A stretch of DNA of 64,000 nucleotides. It comes from Isurus oxyrinchus. Its lineage: Eukaryota. Every line of letters begins with the position of its first letter. Position 1 is the stretch's first letter. The stretch spans positions 103,044,001 through 103,108,000 of the forward strand of contig JANJGN010000015.1 of assembly GCA_026770705.1 (NCBI GenBank), given 5' to 3'. The position numbers and the translations under genes were made by a program. The notes beneath the pieces are model-generated. The model worked only from the letters and a program-made list of their open reading frames with translations, was not told the origin of the DNA and made no database searches. Shown here in pieces: positions 1-12,810 of the stretch.

Positions 1-329
1 TGAGCAGCTGAAGTGAAAAATAGAATTTTTGAATAAGATTTACATGCTAGTTATTCATTTCTATATACTTTTTATAAACTACTTAGAATCATTAGGTGAT
101 TATTGTTATTCCAACAGTCAATTTTAAAATTTAACAATGCTGATAGCCAAGACCATGGTTCTCTGACATCACCCAACATAGATTATAGCATGAACAGTGG
201 CTCTTTAGTGCCAATACTAACGTTCAGCGTTCAGTTCCACATACCGGCTTCAAACTATGAAATAGAAAGATGACGAGCAGCTTTACACTGCACAACCTCA
301 TCTTCCTAAGAGGACCTAGATTACTTTTT

Positions 330-505
330 GGCAAAAACAATAGAAAGGTTGGAAATAGACAATAGGTCAATCAGCATCTGAAAGAGAAAAGACAGCTCAA
401 TGCTTCAAGTGGGAGCCTTCATTAAAAGTAAGCTTGGGAGAAGGATCTGCACCCAAAACACTGAACTGCTGCATTTCCAATGTCTTCTGTTTACATTTCA
501 GATTC
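330..505. mobile_element. Old degenerate copy of the palindromic pLTR-derived element
   Basis: Residual ...ttggaaata..caataggtcaatcagcatctg... and ...ctgctgcatttccaatgtcttctgttt..atttcagatt arms. Confidence 0.5.
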
Positions 506-959
506 TGAGTATTTGTGCTGTCCTTATTTGAATTGTGAGGGTGACATCACAGAGGCAGACAGATGTATCTGCTTTCAGCATTCTAATGTTTAAACTACCT
601 TAGGAAACAAATATGATGATAATGGAACTTAATTGTTTAAAACCGGAATTGTAAACTCAAATGAAAAGATCAGATTTAAGTCCTATGATTAAAATGCCAT
701 TTTTTTACAGTAGATTGCTAGTTATATAAAGTTGAAAACTAACTAGACCACTGTGTCCACATCTATGTACTGAATGCCATTTGCTCTCATCAGAACATGA
801 AATGTATTGGAGTATTTTGGAGGGGAAAATTGAAATCATAAATTTGCTCAAAACCCTTAGTTATTGAATTTTCAAAAATAAATTGGAAAAATTATATTTT
901 TGCTGCCAGCTGTTAATAAGTTGTGAAATGTAAGTGAATGGGTGCAACTAGGCACTTAC

Positions 960-1073
960 CTTGAGCACTGGTCCATAACGACAGAAATGTCTGGATAAGT
1001 ATTGTTCAGTAATGTTTGAAGACAGACCATCTAGCCATACACAGTTAGTTGGCATGCTCTTTCCAAATCCCAG
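960..1073 (-). CDS. SPEN: SPEN exon 8 (114 nt): RRM3 end and RRM4 start (not in the ORF track)
   Basis: LGFGKSMPTNCVWLDGLSSNITEQYLSRHFCRYGPVLK. Acceptor ctccttctccag|CTG; donor AAG|gtaagt. Confidence 0.96.
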
Positions 1074-2751
1074 CTGGAGAAGGAGAGAGAGAACACAGGT
1101 GTATTTTAACTGTAACAAAACTCACTGACCTGAATACAATATAACTAAGCTATATTAGAGATTTTCTCATATGTTTAACAAAATCTACTTAACTGAATCG
1201 TCCCCAAAATTTACAACTACTACTAGTAGTTTTTATTACTAGTAACACAGAATAAACTATATGAAAATCTTCACAGGAGATAATTAATATAGAAACATGA
1301 TGCAACTCTATACATAATTTATATTGTTCTGTGAACGTCTTATTCATCTCACTTCTTTTCAGGTGTCTTTGAATCATTCACTATTTAACAGCTGAAACAG
1401 AGCCCAGCTTTTCTACATTCTTCTGGAACTGGTCTTTAGGAAGTACTTGAGTTGATTGGGAAAACATTCCAAATTTCCCTCATTTCTTTTGGGGATGCAT
1501 TTTTCCTATTCACCAGAACTAATTGCTCACAAAGTATTGACACAAACCCATGTTTGATAACTCCAGGACATAATGTTCTGAAGCACTAACATGCAACAGT
1601 CTGACCTGAAAACATTTTTACATTTGTACAGAAGACCAATATAGCTCTAAGAGGATAAATTATAGGCACAAATACAATAATGCTTAAGGGATTACTCAAA
1701 TTGTTTTTGTACTTGCAGTGAATTCTATTTCAAAGATTACATGATACCAAGTTCTATTAACTGAATAGTAATTGAAAAACCAATAAATATTTTTGGTCTA
1801 TGCCTATCATATGCACATGGGCTAACTGAATTTTAAATGACATTTTTATGAAGAAATTGCTCTGTCTAGATTCCATATTGACAGAATTATAGCCTAACTC
1901 ATGTAATTTCTGTATAATTCCTTGACTAGATATTCTTACAATCCACCCTGTACTCAGAAGAAATGCAAAATAGGCGTCACATTGATGAGTCTTCGCTTTC
2001 AATGGTAGTTACAAAAATGCAAGAAAGGTCACTGCGCCATGTTGTAGGACATGGATTCTTTCTCCATGATTCTCCACATAGTGAGTTCCCAATCTCAGCC
2101 AAACTACCAGTTAAGGATAAAAGCAATTTTCCAAATGGAAGCAAGAAATTGAAGCATGAATTTATTGGGATCACCCAGGTACATTATGAATTATGTAGAT
2201 TTTTCAATTGCAGATGCCTGGGAGAAATTTATTTTCCAAGGTTGACACAAGCTGCATGATGACGTATGGGTGAAAAATAATTCGCAGGGAAGAGGAAAAT
2301 AGAGCTGGCCAATCCTATAACCTAGATCAATGGATTTGCAATGAGGAGAGACCAGTTTCAGGTAACAATTGCACTTGGGCTTCTCCCAGAGCTCAGTTCA
2401 ACTTTCTTTGTCTCAACCCCATCTGAGAGAGGAACAGTGATGCTTGCCTTCACACACTGCTCAATCACAGCCCAGGTTAGACGACCAAAAGTGGCATGGA
2501 TTACATCCAAAGAAACATCTCTGAAGCTTGTACATTCTACCTAACATGCCAAGGAGAACAATATTAAACTTGGAGGGAGGAAAGAGAAAAGTAACTCAAG
2601 AAAACAGAGGGGAATATTACAAAAGTAAAGTTACAACAAAAAACAGTATACAAGAAATTGTTCAACAGAAAATTCTTACTAATATTTCACTGTGAATTCC
2701 TGATAAGTGAATATTCCTGATAAGCAAATGACTGTATTTCTCCTTCCTGAC

Positions 2752-2877
2752 CTTGAGCCGATTATTTCCTAAGTACTCTCCGTCCATTTTCTTGATGGCT
2801 TTGCAGACACTTGCAATGTCACAGTACTGTAGGAAGGCGTACTGAGGAACCCCATTTACCTTCTTGATGTCAATATC
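2752..2877 (-). CDS. SPEN: SPEN exon 7 (126 nt): RRM3 second half (not in the ORF track)
   Basis: DIDIKKVNGVPQYAFLQYCDIASVCKAIKKMDGEYLGNNRLK. Acceptor aacag|GATATT; donor AAG|gtcagg; phase 0 to phase 0. Confidence 0.96.
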
Positions 2878-3471
2878 CTGTTATTTTAAATAAAAAAAAA
2901 CGATAGCATGGACTTTTTGGCTGTGTCTCATCACAAAAAACACATTCTTGCCAATTTTTAAAGATTTCTATTTTAATAATTTTCTTTACCCCATTAAAAA
3001 ATAGGGGAGTATGTAACACTTTAGTTTAAACACCTTATTTTTTAAATGTCAAAAATAGTGTACCACATTAATCCACTGTCATTTGCAATAGGGTCTGAGG
3101 GAGCAGAAAAAGAATGAGATGGTTACTTGAGGAAATGTAGTGCTACACCTGAATCACAAGTGGGAATCATGTCCACAAGTATTGAGACACCTGCCTGGAT
3201 AGTGTAGTCACTACGTCTTTTCCCAGTTGGTTGCTGTTCATTTGAGCAAGAATCAGCCTCATTTCATCTCATGGATGGGAGTGCTTTAACTGATGTCAAA
3301 AACTCAACATCAGTTAGGGTTCAGTATCAAACTACTACAATTCTTTGACCTCCTTCGACATTTATGCTATCATTTGGAAATAGAGCATTTTACATTCTGG
3401 TGCAATTCAGTTTGCAAATTATGCCCCAAGTTTTAATGCAGCAAACTGTACCAGGTCAGTGGTCATTAGTA

Positions 3472-5730
3472 ATAAAAACGGAAAACACTGGAAAAACTCA
3501 GCAGGTCTGGTAGCATCTTCAGAGGGAGAAACAGAGTTAATGTTTCGAGTCCAATATGACTCTTCTTCGGAACTGGAGATAGGTAGAAATATTATGGGGT
3601 TTTTGCTGTTCAAAAAGGGGGGAGGATCAGGTGGAACAATGGGGAAGGTCAGGAATGGGTTAGACGGCATTAAGTAAAGATGTCTTGGAACGAAGATACA
3701 GACTGGCACTTGGCAAAAACAAAATTCAAAATGGTGGACAGAGATCATGCTCTAAAGTTGCTCAATGTTGCGTCCAGAAGGCTGTAGAGTGCCTAATTGG
3801 AAGATGAGGTGCTGTTCCTCCAGTTTATGTTGGGTTTCACTGGAACATTGTAGCAGGCTGAGGACAGAAATGTGAGCATGAGAGCAAGATGGTGAATTGA
3901 AATAGCAAGCAAAGAAAGGTCGGGGTCACGCTTGCACACTGAGTGGAGGTGTTGACTGCATTGTGAGCAGCAAATACAGTAGACTAAATTGAAAGTAGTA
4001 CAAGTAAATTGCAGTTTTGCCTGGAAGGAGCATGTGGGGCCTTGGACAACGAGAGGAGAGGAGGTAAAAGGGGCAGGCGTTACACCTCCTGCAGTTACAA
4101 GGGAAGGTGCCTTGGGAAGGGTTGAGGGTGATAGAAGAGTGGACCAGAGGGTCACGGAGGGAATGGTCCTTTTGGAGTGCTGACAGGGATGGGGAAGATA
4201 TGTTTGGTGGTGGCATCATGCTGGAGATGGTAGAAATGGTGGAGGACGATCACATAGACTACACAGAAACTAGGAGCAGGGGTAGGCCATTCGGCCCTTC
4301 AAGCCTGCTTCGCCATTCAATATGATCACGGCTGATTCTCTATCTCAACGCCATATTCCCACTTTCGTTCCATACCTCTTGCTGCCCCTAACATCCAAAA
4401 ATTTATCAATTTCTTTCCTGAATATACTCAGTGACCCGACAGCCTTCTGTAGTAAAGAATTCCACAGGTTGACCACCTTCGGAGTGAGGAAATCTTTCCT
4501 CATCTCAGTCCTAAATGGTCTGCCCCGTATCCTGAGACTGTGGCCCTTTGAATCCTTTGATTCCTGTGGATCCTTTGAATATGAAGACTGGTGGGGTGGA
4601 AAATGAGGACAAGGGGACCCTATTGTAGTTCTGAGAGGGAGGGGATGCAGTGAGGGCAGAAGTGTGGGAAATGGGTCGAGCATAGTTGAGGGCACTATCA
4701 ACCACAGTGGGGTGAGGGGGGGATGATCAGTTGAGGAAAAAGGAAGATATGTTGGAAGCGCCATTTTGGAAGGTAGCATCATCAGAACAGATGCGATGGA
4801 GGCGGAGAAACTAAGAGAACAGAATGGAGTCCTTAACAGGAAGCAGGGTGTGAGCAAGTGTAGTCAAGATAGCTGTGGGAGTTGGTGAGCTTGTAATGAA
4901 TCTTTGCAGACAGTCTATCCCCAGAAATGGAGAGAGAGAGAAGGGAAGGGAAGGGTTAGAGATATACCATGTGAAAGTGAGAGAAAAGTAGAAACTGGAA
5001 ACAAAATTGACTGATTTTACCAGTTCCGACGAAAGCAGGGAACAGCATCGGTATAGTCATCTGTGTACCGGAAGAATTGTGGGAGGGGGGCTTGGGTAGG
5101 GCTGGAACAAGAAATGTTCTACGTACCCCAAAAAAGGACAGGCATAACTAGGGCTCATTCGGGCACCCATAGCGACATCTTTTATTTGGAGGAATTGAGA
5201 CAAGTTATACGAGAAATTGTTCAATGAGGGAAGTTAAGCCAGGCGGAGGAAGATGGTGGTGGATGGGGACTGTTCAGGCCTCCATTAAGGAGGAAGCAGA
5301 AAACTTTCAGACCATCCTGGGGTTGGTGGGGGGTTGGTGTGGAGGTGTAGAGGGATAGGACTTCAATAGTGAAGAGGAGGCGGTCAGGGCTAGGAAACTG
5401 GGAATTGTTGAAATGACGTAGAGCATCAGAAGAATCACGAATGTAGGTGGAAAGAGACTGGTCAAGGGGAGAAAAAAATAGAGTCGAGGCAGGGAGAGAT
5501 AAGATCAGCAAGGCAGGAATAGGCTGAAATAATGGTCCACCAGGACAGTCCTGTCTGTGGATTTTGGGAAGGAGGTAGAAGCGGGTTGTTCGGGGTTGGG
5601 AGACTTTAAGGTGGGAAGCTGTTGAAGGAAGGTCTCCAGAGGAAATCAGGAACATGACAGTCTTGATGGCTTGATGTTTAGTGGTGAGGTCATGGTCCAG
5701 GGCGAGGTAGGAAGGTGTGTCTGAGAGTTG
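3472..5730 (-). mobile_element. Penelope-like retroelement (RT + GIY-YIG), 5'-truncated and degenerate, with 13-bp TSD
   Basis: RT remnants FYLLPKIH...YIRDSSDAL...LLFT..V.SLYTS (5221-5730). GIY-YIG region QGP..SFQ.K..FTCT.FNLVYCI.CSQC (~3930-4100). pLTR at ~3472-3600. Perfect direct repeat gtggtcattagta at 3459-3471 and 5731-5743. Confidence 0.9.
4251..4548 (-). mobile_element. CR1 (HER1-like) LINE 3' fragment nested inside the Penelope-like element
   Basis: GHSLRIRGRPFRTEMRKDFLT.KVVNLWNSL.QKAV is the typical CR1 ORF2 C-terminus, followed by a CR1 3' UTR. It interrupts the PLE at gatc. Confidence 0.85.
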
Positions 5731-6448
5731 GTGGTCATTAGTATTTGGTAGAATCCATTTTGTGTGAAACAAGGATAAAATAGTCTCTTCAAAAACTCGG
5801 CTGCCCATATGGTTTCCATACCAAGTCCGACTCCGCCCATCAGCCAACCCTCGCTCACCTACATTGGTTCCTGGATCACAAGCATCTTCAGTTCAAAATT
5901 CTCACCCTTTGTGGTTAAATCCCTTCACGGTCCCAACTGTTCTTTTTTACCCTTTGAGATCCTATTAACAAATTAGGCTGCTTGAGAAATCCTTAACAAT
6001 GCCCTGGAATATTGCTGACTTGCCTAGCTCAGGTATCTGGAGTCTGCCAGAGTTGACTGAGTTTCGTTCTTCCATCGTCAAGCACATCATCTCGACCCTG
6101 GTAATCACTTTTACCCACCCCCAGGGAGGAGTCACTAGGTGGTTATTAATTAGATAATTGGACTGAAGACAAACACAAAATAAACAACAAATGTAGATTA
6201 TTCACCATGAGAGAAAAGAGATGAAACACAAATCACAAAAGCTGCGCAATGAGGTAATATTCTACACAAAGCCTTATGCTGCAAAAATTCTGAAAGGTAA
6301 TCAAGACGAAGGATAACCAGAATATGGATAATGGGTGCCTTAAAAAAAATGTTCAGCTTTAAATCATTTACACTTCCAAGTCGAGGGGTTCCTAAAAGGG
6401 ATGAAATCTTGTCACCTCAATAATGACCAACCCAAGCAGTGTACATAC

Positions 6449-6600
6449 CACAATCTCCCCAAAGCGTTCAAAGATGTTTCGAAGATCTCCATAGGTTGTA
6501 GTTTTCTCCAGATTCCCAATAAATAATGTTCTCGTGGCCTTGGGATGAAACTCATCTATTCGGTCATCCAGTGGTCGAAATTCATTCTCGCTTTCCGTTT
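6449..6600 (-). CDS. SPEN: SPEN exon 6 (152 nt): start of RRM3
   Basis: ETESENEFRPLDDRIDEFHPKATRTLFIGNLEKTTTYGDLRNIFERFGEIV, with RNP2 LFIGNL. Acceptor ccccttgcag|AAAC; donor GTG|gtatgt. Confidence 0.97.
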
Positions 6601-7606
6601 CTGCAAGGGGTCCCAAACAAATAAAATTCGAAAACATATTATGTCACCAGAACACTGCTCTGTTTATTTTTCGAACCAACTTCCATTTGACAATATATAT
6701 ATTAAATATGTATTTAAAAAAACATTGGTACGGTCATGCAGGCATTGCTTACGCTTTCTCCAATCCTCATTCACTTCAGTAACAAAGGTGTAATTAACTA
6801 GATACTCCATGCCATACATTCATCAAACAGACTAACCCCCGACTCTAGTTTTACAATAGGTTTCAGGAAGTCAAAATAAAGTTAATATTCACAAAAGTCA
6901 TTCAAGGCACTGGCGCTTGTAATATAACTCATGGACCATTTGCAGGCCTGTCCCTTTCATTTGTGGCTCATAGCACATTTTTTTACTGTTTTGCATGTAT
7001 CTGGAGCACCATTAACACCCTCCCCTGCCATGAAATGTTGCCGCAGCAAAGAATCAAACGCTGTTCCTATACTTTTTCTGTTAAGTAAGAGAAAGTAAGG
7101 AAATGCTATCAAAAGCTTACTGGTTACAGAATCCATAAGGCAAGTGAAAATGCTTTCAGAATTATAGATTCCACAGTTTAATGGAACTATTGATTCTACA
7201 TTTCTTCCATCCATCCAGTCCAAACAGTAATTTTCTTATTAAACTAGGATTGAAACCAGGAGTACAATATATAGGGAATCATGAACACATGTCCATATCC
7301 CATCACCCTGTAGTTCATTATGAGAATGGTCCTTCAGCAAGATACTACCATGGGCTGAAGCAATGAAAGTTCCTGAGTAACATTAATCTTAAGTCCATGC
7401 ACCTTTCATCTCTTCAGCAAGATAGCAGACAAGGTACAACTGTGATATAAATCCAAAAACATTTAGATGTAAACCCAAAAACATTTAGAAGCTACAATTA
7501 AATTAAAACACAAATATTCCTTATTTTCACCAAGCCTTTGCCATGATGTGGATTATAATGTCACATCCTTACTCTCAAACTGTGCCGCTGCTCAGTAAAC
7601 ACCTAC

Positions 7607-7807
7607 CTGGGCCTGTCCACGCAGTAACTTCAATCTGCATACCAAAAAATAACTTCCCCTTTGATGCATTCATAGCCTTCTCTTGGTCTTCCTGTTGTCG
7701 AAAGAATACAAGCCCATAGCGCTCTTCAGATGCACCATGGATTTGAACAGATGTTACTTTCCCATACTTCTTAAATTCATGGAAAAGACCATCTTTAAGG
7801 CTTGTGT
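7607..7807 (-). CDS. SPEN: SPEN exon 5 (201 nt): RRM2 (not in the ORF track)
   Basis: Read by hand: DTSLKDGLFHEFKKYGKVTSVQIHGASEERYGLVFFRQQEDQEKAMNASKGKLFFGMQIEVTAWTGP. Acceptor ttttctttcag|ACAC; donor CCAG|gtaggt. Confidence 0.96.
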
Positions 7808-9923
7808 CTGAAAGAAAATATGAAAGCTTTCAGTTCAAAGTATTCATGTGATGCAATGTATTTTTTCTCCAATTTAGTGAGTAATCAACAAATGATTTCC
7901 AATTTCAAATACACTCTCCTGATCTGAGATGGAAGAGACTTTGCTTTCAGGCTTTGTCAATTGATAGCTACCAAAATCTGAGAGAAGGGTGAACATTGGA
8001 CATTGCTGCAGGCAGCAGACAATGACAATCTCTGTGAAACTAATTGGGAGGGAAGCTGGAGTGGGCTGCCCAAGAGAGGATTTGGTTTGCTATATGTGAC
8101 CAATAATTATAACTGCTGGACTTTCCCCAATTTCAAGCCAGCTCTCTTCTATTCCCTTCAGTAAGTGTTACTAGAGTTGGAAGAGTTAAGAAATACAAGA
8201 GTTCAAGTGTAGGGAGGATCCAGGTCTCCAAAAAAGAATTATGGCTGACTGAGAGATTGTAAAAGGTGTTGTTCCTGGATTAAAGTAGATTTTAATGCAG
8301 TAAAATAAATAAGCACACCAAGTGCTCCTGATGAAAAGAAGCAAAGGTCAACTTCGTGAGGTCTCATTCTAACTTCTGTACATGGCCTTTGACCCAAATA
8401 TTCACAATTTCAATGTAGTTGGGAAATATTTAGATCGACAATGAATGCATGTCTCAAGTTTCTCACAGACTAAAGCTTTTCTTAAATAAAATGTTCCAGT
8501 ATGAAACAAATGAATTTTGGGCTGCAAAACTAAAACTATTCAGCTAATCGGTGACTGTCTTAGGGATAGAATTCTGGGCTTTCAGCATTCACAGAAAAAT
8601 CAAGCCTAATCATTATATAATCTCACATCCAAAGCAATTTTTGATTTTAAATTTGCTTGTTTCACATTTGTTTTCAATTCTGTGAAATTGATAGTCCCAT
8701 TGAAATGCATGTAAACTGGAAACAAAAAGTAAACAAATTGTATTTTTTTAAAAGTGTGCTATCCCTAAAGTATATGTACTATTTGTTCATTCTACTTTTC
8801 CTGTTAACTTTCTCCCCTCCACACCTGGAGATATTTATTCCTCTCTGGGGCTGGGTCACCCAGGGCTATGGATGACCTCCAAGACTTGTGCAAATGACCA
8901 TTTTTCAAGTGCACCTCAGACAATGTGTGCTTGCAGGCCATTCAATAATGGAGGGGTCATCACCTGTGCCCACCCTCACCCAATATTTATACATGCATTT
9001 CCAGCAGAGGTATTAGATAAGATTCATGGCCAGAAAATATGGCCCATTTTCCTTCCCTAACCTGATGATTCTGGGATGGACTGTAGGATCACCTGTGACC
9101 ATCCTGTCTAAGACTAGCTAACTATGCATAGAAGGGAATTAAACTTAGGGCTGTGACCTGTACAATTCACTTAATCATTGCCTTAACTGGCCTGGCCATC
9201 AGTGTGCTCCTGCCTAATGTATTCATAATGACACATTATAATATTCTGTTCTAGTGTCACTTTTGATTTTCCATTGTATGCCTGAAAAACCAGAGAAAAA
9301 TGTGCTGTATGAATTGGGAAGTGTCTTTAAAATCAATCAATAATCCTTAACTAATATTTTTTCTCATCTGTGTTTGACACTAGGGCACATTAGACAGGTT
9401 GAATATGCTTTTAATCAGGTTAGTCTCCACGTACAAATTGCAAAATCTCTTCTCCTCCTTCCCCCGACCATTTCAATCAATTTTAGATAGCCTTTTTTTT
9501 TCCTTCAAGAAGTTATATCCAAAGCAGTAGATTTTGCAATTTTCACATGAAGGATTGAAGAGGTCACACTGAATATGAATAGCAGAGAAGCTGTTAATTT
9601 AAATTGGATTAAAATGACAGATTTAATAACTGAAAACTACTTTCGTAATGAAATTCAAATGTTGTTAATGGAATATGATGAGCTTTATATACGCTAAACA
9701 TTGCATAAATGGTTTCTAAATTTAACTTTCCAGCATTCCCTAAAATCCAACAATCTATCTGTGAAAAGAAAAGTATTTGATGTCGGATGCCGGGCGATCT
9801 TTAGTTTTTTTCAAATTCGTGAGGTGTATTCCAGAAACAGGGCACCATGTATTTCTGAACATAACTGAAAGGAACTTTGATTTCCACCAGTTCAAATTTC
9901 TATTAAATGGTGCATTTACTCAC

Positions 9924-10084
9924 CAGTAGAGCGGACTGGCAAATTTTGGACTTTGATTCCATAGCTCTTACGTGGTTCATCCTTTTCCACAGGTGTTGGG
10001 AGCTGGACTGGTGGCGCAGGGACTGCAGCAGACTGAACTGATCTTGCTGGAGATTCATCACTGGAACTGCTGCTGGAATCACTA
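9924..10084 (-). CDS. SPEN: SPEN exon 4 (161 nt): linker and start of RRM2
   Basis: SSDSSSSSSDESPARSVQSAAVPAPPVQLPTPVEKDEPRKSYGIKVQNLPVRST. Acceptor ttttccctttgcag|TAGT; donor ACTG|gtgagt; phase 2 to phase 1. Confidence 0.96.
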
Positions 10085-11099
10085 CTGCAAAGGGAAAAAA
10101 AGGCCATTGGTTAGACGATTGAACTGACTGACTGCACCCCTTGTTATATTTGTTCTAGAGTGATCAATATAAGATAGTTCCCTATTTGGTACAATGGAGG
10201 ATAACTAGGCCATGTTCCATACAAAAACTGTATACATGAGAACATTTCCAACATGGCTGTAAAGTAAAGAATATTAAACTAATGTCCTTCTTACAATCTC
10301 AATCCTGATGCTATGAGGAGGCCCGACACTTCCCTGGAGGCAACCAGCTGTAAATAAATGCTTCTTACAGTCAAATTTTAAGTGGCACCAACAATGATCT
10401 ACAAATAGGTTGCTGACCCCCTCTTATACAAATGATGTCTTGTGCAGAGAGACGACAGGTTGGATAAAATACACCATTTAACATATTACATACATCATAT
10501 ACGTGTATTAATATCTTGAAATGGGAGTCCCACTCAAAAATACACCTCTAAAATAGAGGTTACAATAATTTTTCAAACTATGCTACTTTATTACAGTAAA
10601 TCAATAATAGTTGGGTTCCACATCAATTTATTCAGCCATTAGAATGGCTTTCCACATTTAATACTCTCATGTGTCTTCAAAAGTATGCAGCCCTTGTGTT
10701 TAGGGAACACAAGCAATATATTGTAACACCCTTATGAATTCCCTTTGTGCAAAAACATCTATGCACTTAAGTACTACACACTGATTTTATGAATCACATG
10801 CAATGTGAGGGTTCCAGCGTTGGGACTTTGTAATTTATTCAAATTAATAATTTTTAATACCTCTGTGACCAACTAACATTCTTTTCTTTTAATTGCACTT
10901 GGAGTAGATGATAAGAAATGTTAACCAAAGTAGTCAAAAAAGGAAAGCATTTAGAAGCTAAAGGCCAGTTAGTTCAACATTTCAAGTGAGGGAATCTTCA
11001 AAATGCTGAGAACAGGCAAGTAAATATGCATGGGCTCTTTGACCTATACTGCCCATGCACAACTTGAGGGCACAGGATAAAAATTAATAAACTTCAAAG

Positions 11100-11345
11100 A
11101 AACCTCCTACTCTGAGTATTAGACATATGAAACTGACTCCTCCAAAAAAGCTGTTGATGTTGTGTTAATCAGTTCCTTCAAAAAAGAGATGGACAGGTAT
11201 CTGGATGGTAAGAGGGCTAGAGACTAGAGATAAACACAGACTGAGATAACTTTCTATGGTCACAGCTGCTAAAATGACAATTTGGGGAAGGGTAGGAATC
11301 TTATATGTGGAGAACAGCAAATCAGGGCTGAATAGCAAAGATGCG
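11100..11345 (+). mobile_element. Old CR1 3' fragment
   Basis: ctcctccaaaaaagctgttgatg...ttcaaaaaagagatggacaggtatctg...gggctgaatagc. Confidence 0.55.
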
Positions 11346-11934
11346 AGATTCAATGATTGTTCTGGAGACTTAATTATCTTTCAGGTTCAGGGGATACATC
11401 TTTCACTCAGAATATTAAATAGTAGGTTAGAGTTCACAATGGAGCAGAGTTTACTTTGATTATGAAAAGGACAAGTCCATAGGGGCCAAACAGCTTTTCT
11501 CTTGTTTTTTTAATACCCTATCTTGTGTTGTTTTAAAATTGTAGCATTAATTAGGGGTGAAGAAGAGATAATTGGGCTAGAGGAACAATGGGGCCCAACA
11601 GTGTAATGCAGCTAAATATACTCAGCTAGAATAATATCATTGAAGGACTGCATCCCCAAAGTCAGATATTTTTACTTCAAATTAAAAAATTCAGATTCAC
11701 GCACACTAAATGAAAACCACAGTAGTCATAACATCTTCGAGTCTCTCACACTTTAACAATCTTTATAGCCCTTGCTGTAAAATAACCTTAATTGTGCATA
11801 TATTAATCCCCATTCCAATAGAACATTTGAAAGATGACTTTGGGATTCATTCAAAGATAACTATGAAGAAAAACTGATACAGTGCCATTCTCAAGCATAA
11901 TTCATTACGACAACCATATAGAGTAATACTTAAG

Positions 11935-12090
11935 TTCTAGAACTCCCTCCCTAATAGCACTGTGGGGGTACATACGCCACATGGACTGCAGTGGTTCAAG
12001 ATGGCTCACCACCACCTCCTTAAGGGTAATTAGGGATGGGCAATGCAGGCCTAGCTAACGATGCCCACATCCTGTGAAAGAATAAAAAAA
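11935..12090 (+). mobile_element. 3' tip of the same LINE family
   Basis: gaactccctccctaatagcactgtggg...catggactgcagtggttcaag...gatgcccacatcctgtgaaagaataaaaaaa. Confidence 0.8.
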
Positions 12091-12614
12091 TACATTATCT
12101 ACCATTGATGTAAACAAATAATAAGTGATGTCATTTTTCAAGTGTTAACTATTGATTGGAATCTGCACATAAGATGTTTAAAGGATCAAATACTGGAAGC
12201 CTATGAGGGTTACTGAAGCCAAGGACATGCTGCTTAAAAATAGCTTTGGAGTGAATAGAAGATTTTCAATGTATCAGCAAACAAGAAGTGGAAACTAAAA
12301 GTCAGCCACATTGCTGCCTGTAGAGCATATGCAAGGAAATCATGCAGTATGTTCCTTGTAAACATGTATCTGGCAATGTTTACTACAGAATGATGGCCAG
12401 TTTCAACGTTTGAACTTTTCAAACTGAAATTCTATTCTTATTCAGTGGAAGCAAAATTAAGTCAAATTAACTAAAATGGATTTTCTGTTTTACTTCCATT
12501 TCAATTCCATTCACAAAGGTCCATCTAGATATGGTTAAGGGGGCATGTATTGTAGGTTATGACACATTACACATGCAACACAGAACATTAGATATTGGCA
12601 GAACAAATAAGAAA

Positions 12615-12810
12615 TAAAAATCGCAAGTTCTGGAAATCTGAAACAAAAGTATAAATGCTGGAAATACACAAGTCATTCGGCATCCGTAACAAGATGACTG
12701 GTCCAATTTCAATTCTGACACCCAATACCTAAATACCCAAAATGTTAATTATGTTCTCTTTACAAATGCTGGCAGATCTGCTGTGCATTTCCAGCATTGT
12801 GTTTCAGATA
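12615..12810. mobile_element. Old degenerate copy of the palindromic pLTR-derived element
   Basis: ctggaaatctgaaacaaaa..aaatgctggaaatac and gatctgctgtgcatttccagcattgtgtttcagat inverted arms. Confidence 0.6.

Noticed and set aside
2692-2724. Short tandem duplication containing two GATAAG motifs
   Set aside because: A simple slippage duplication with no other support. The same applies to the ~22-nt duplication at ~7448-7490.
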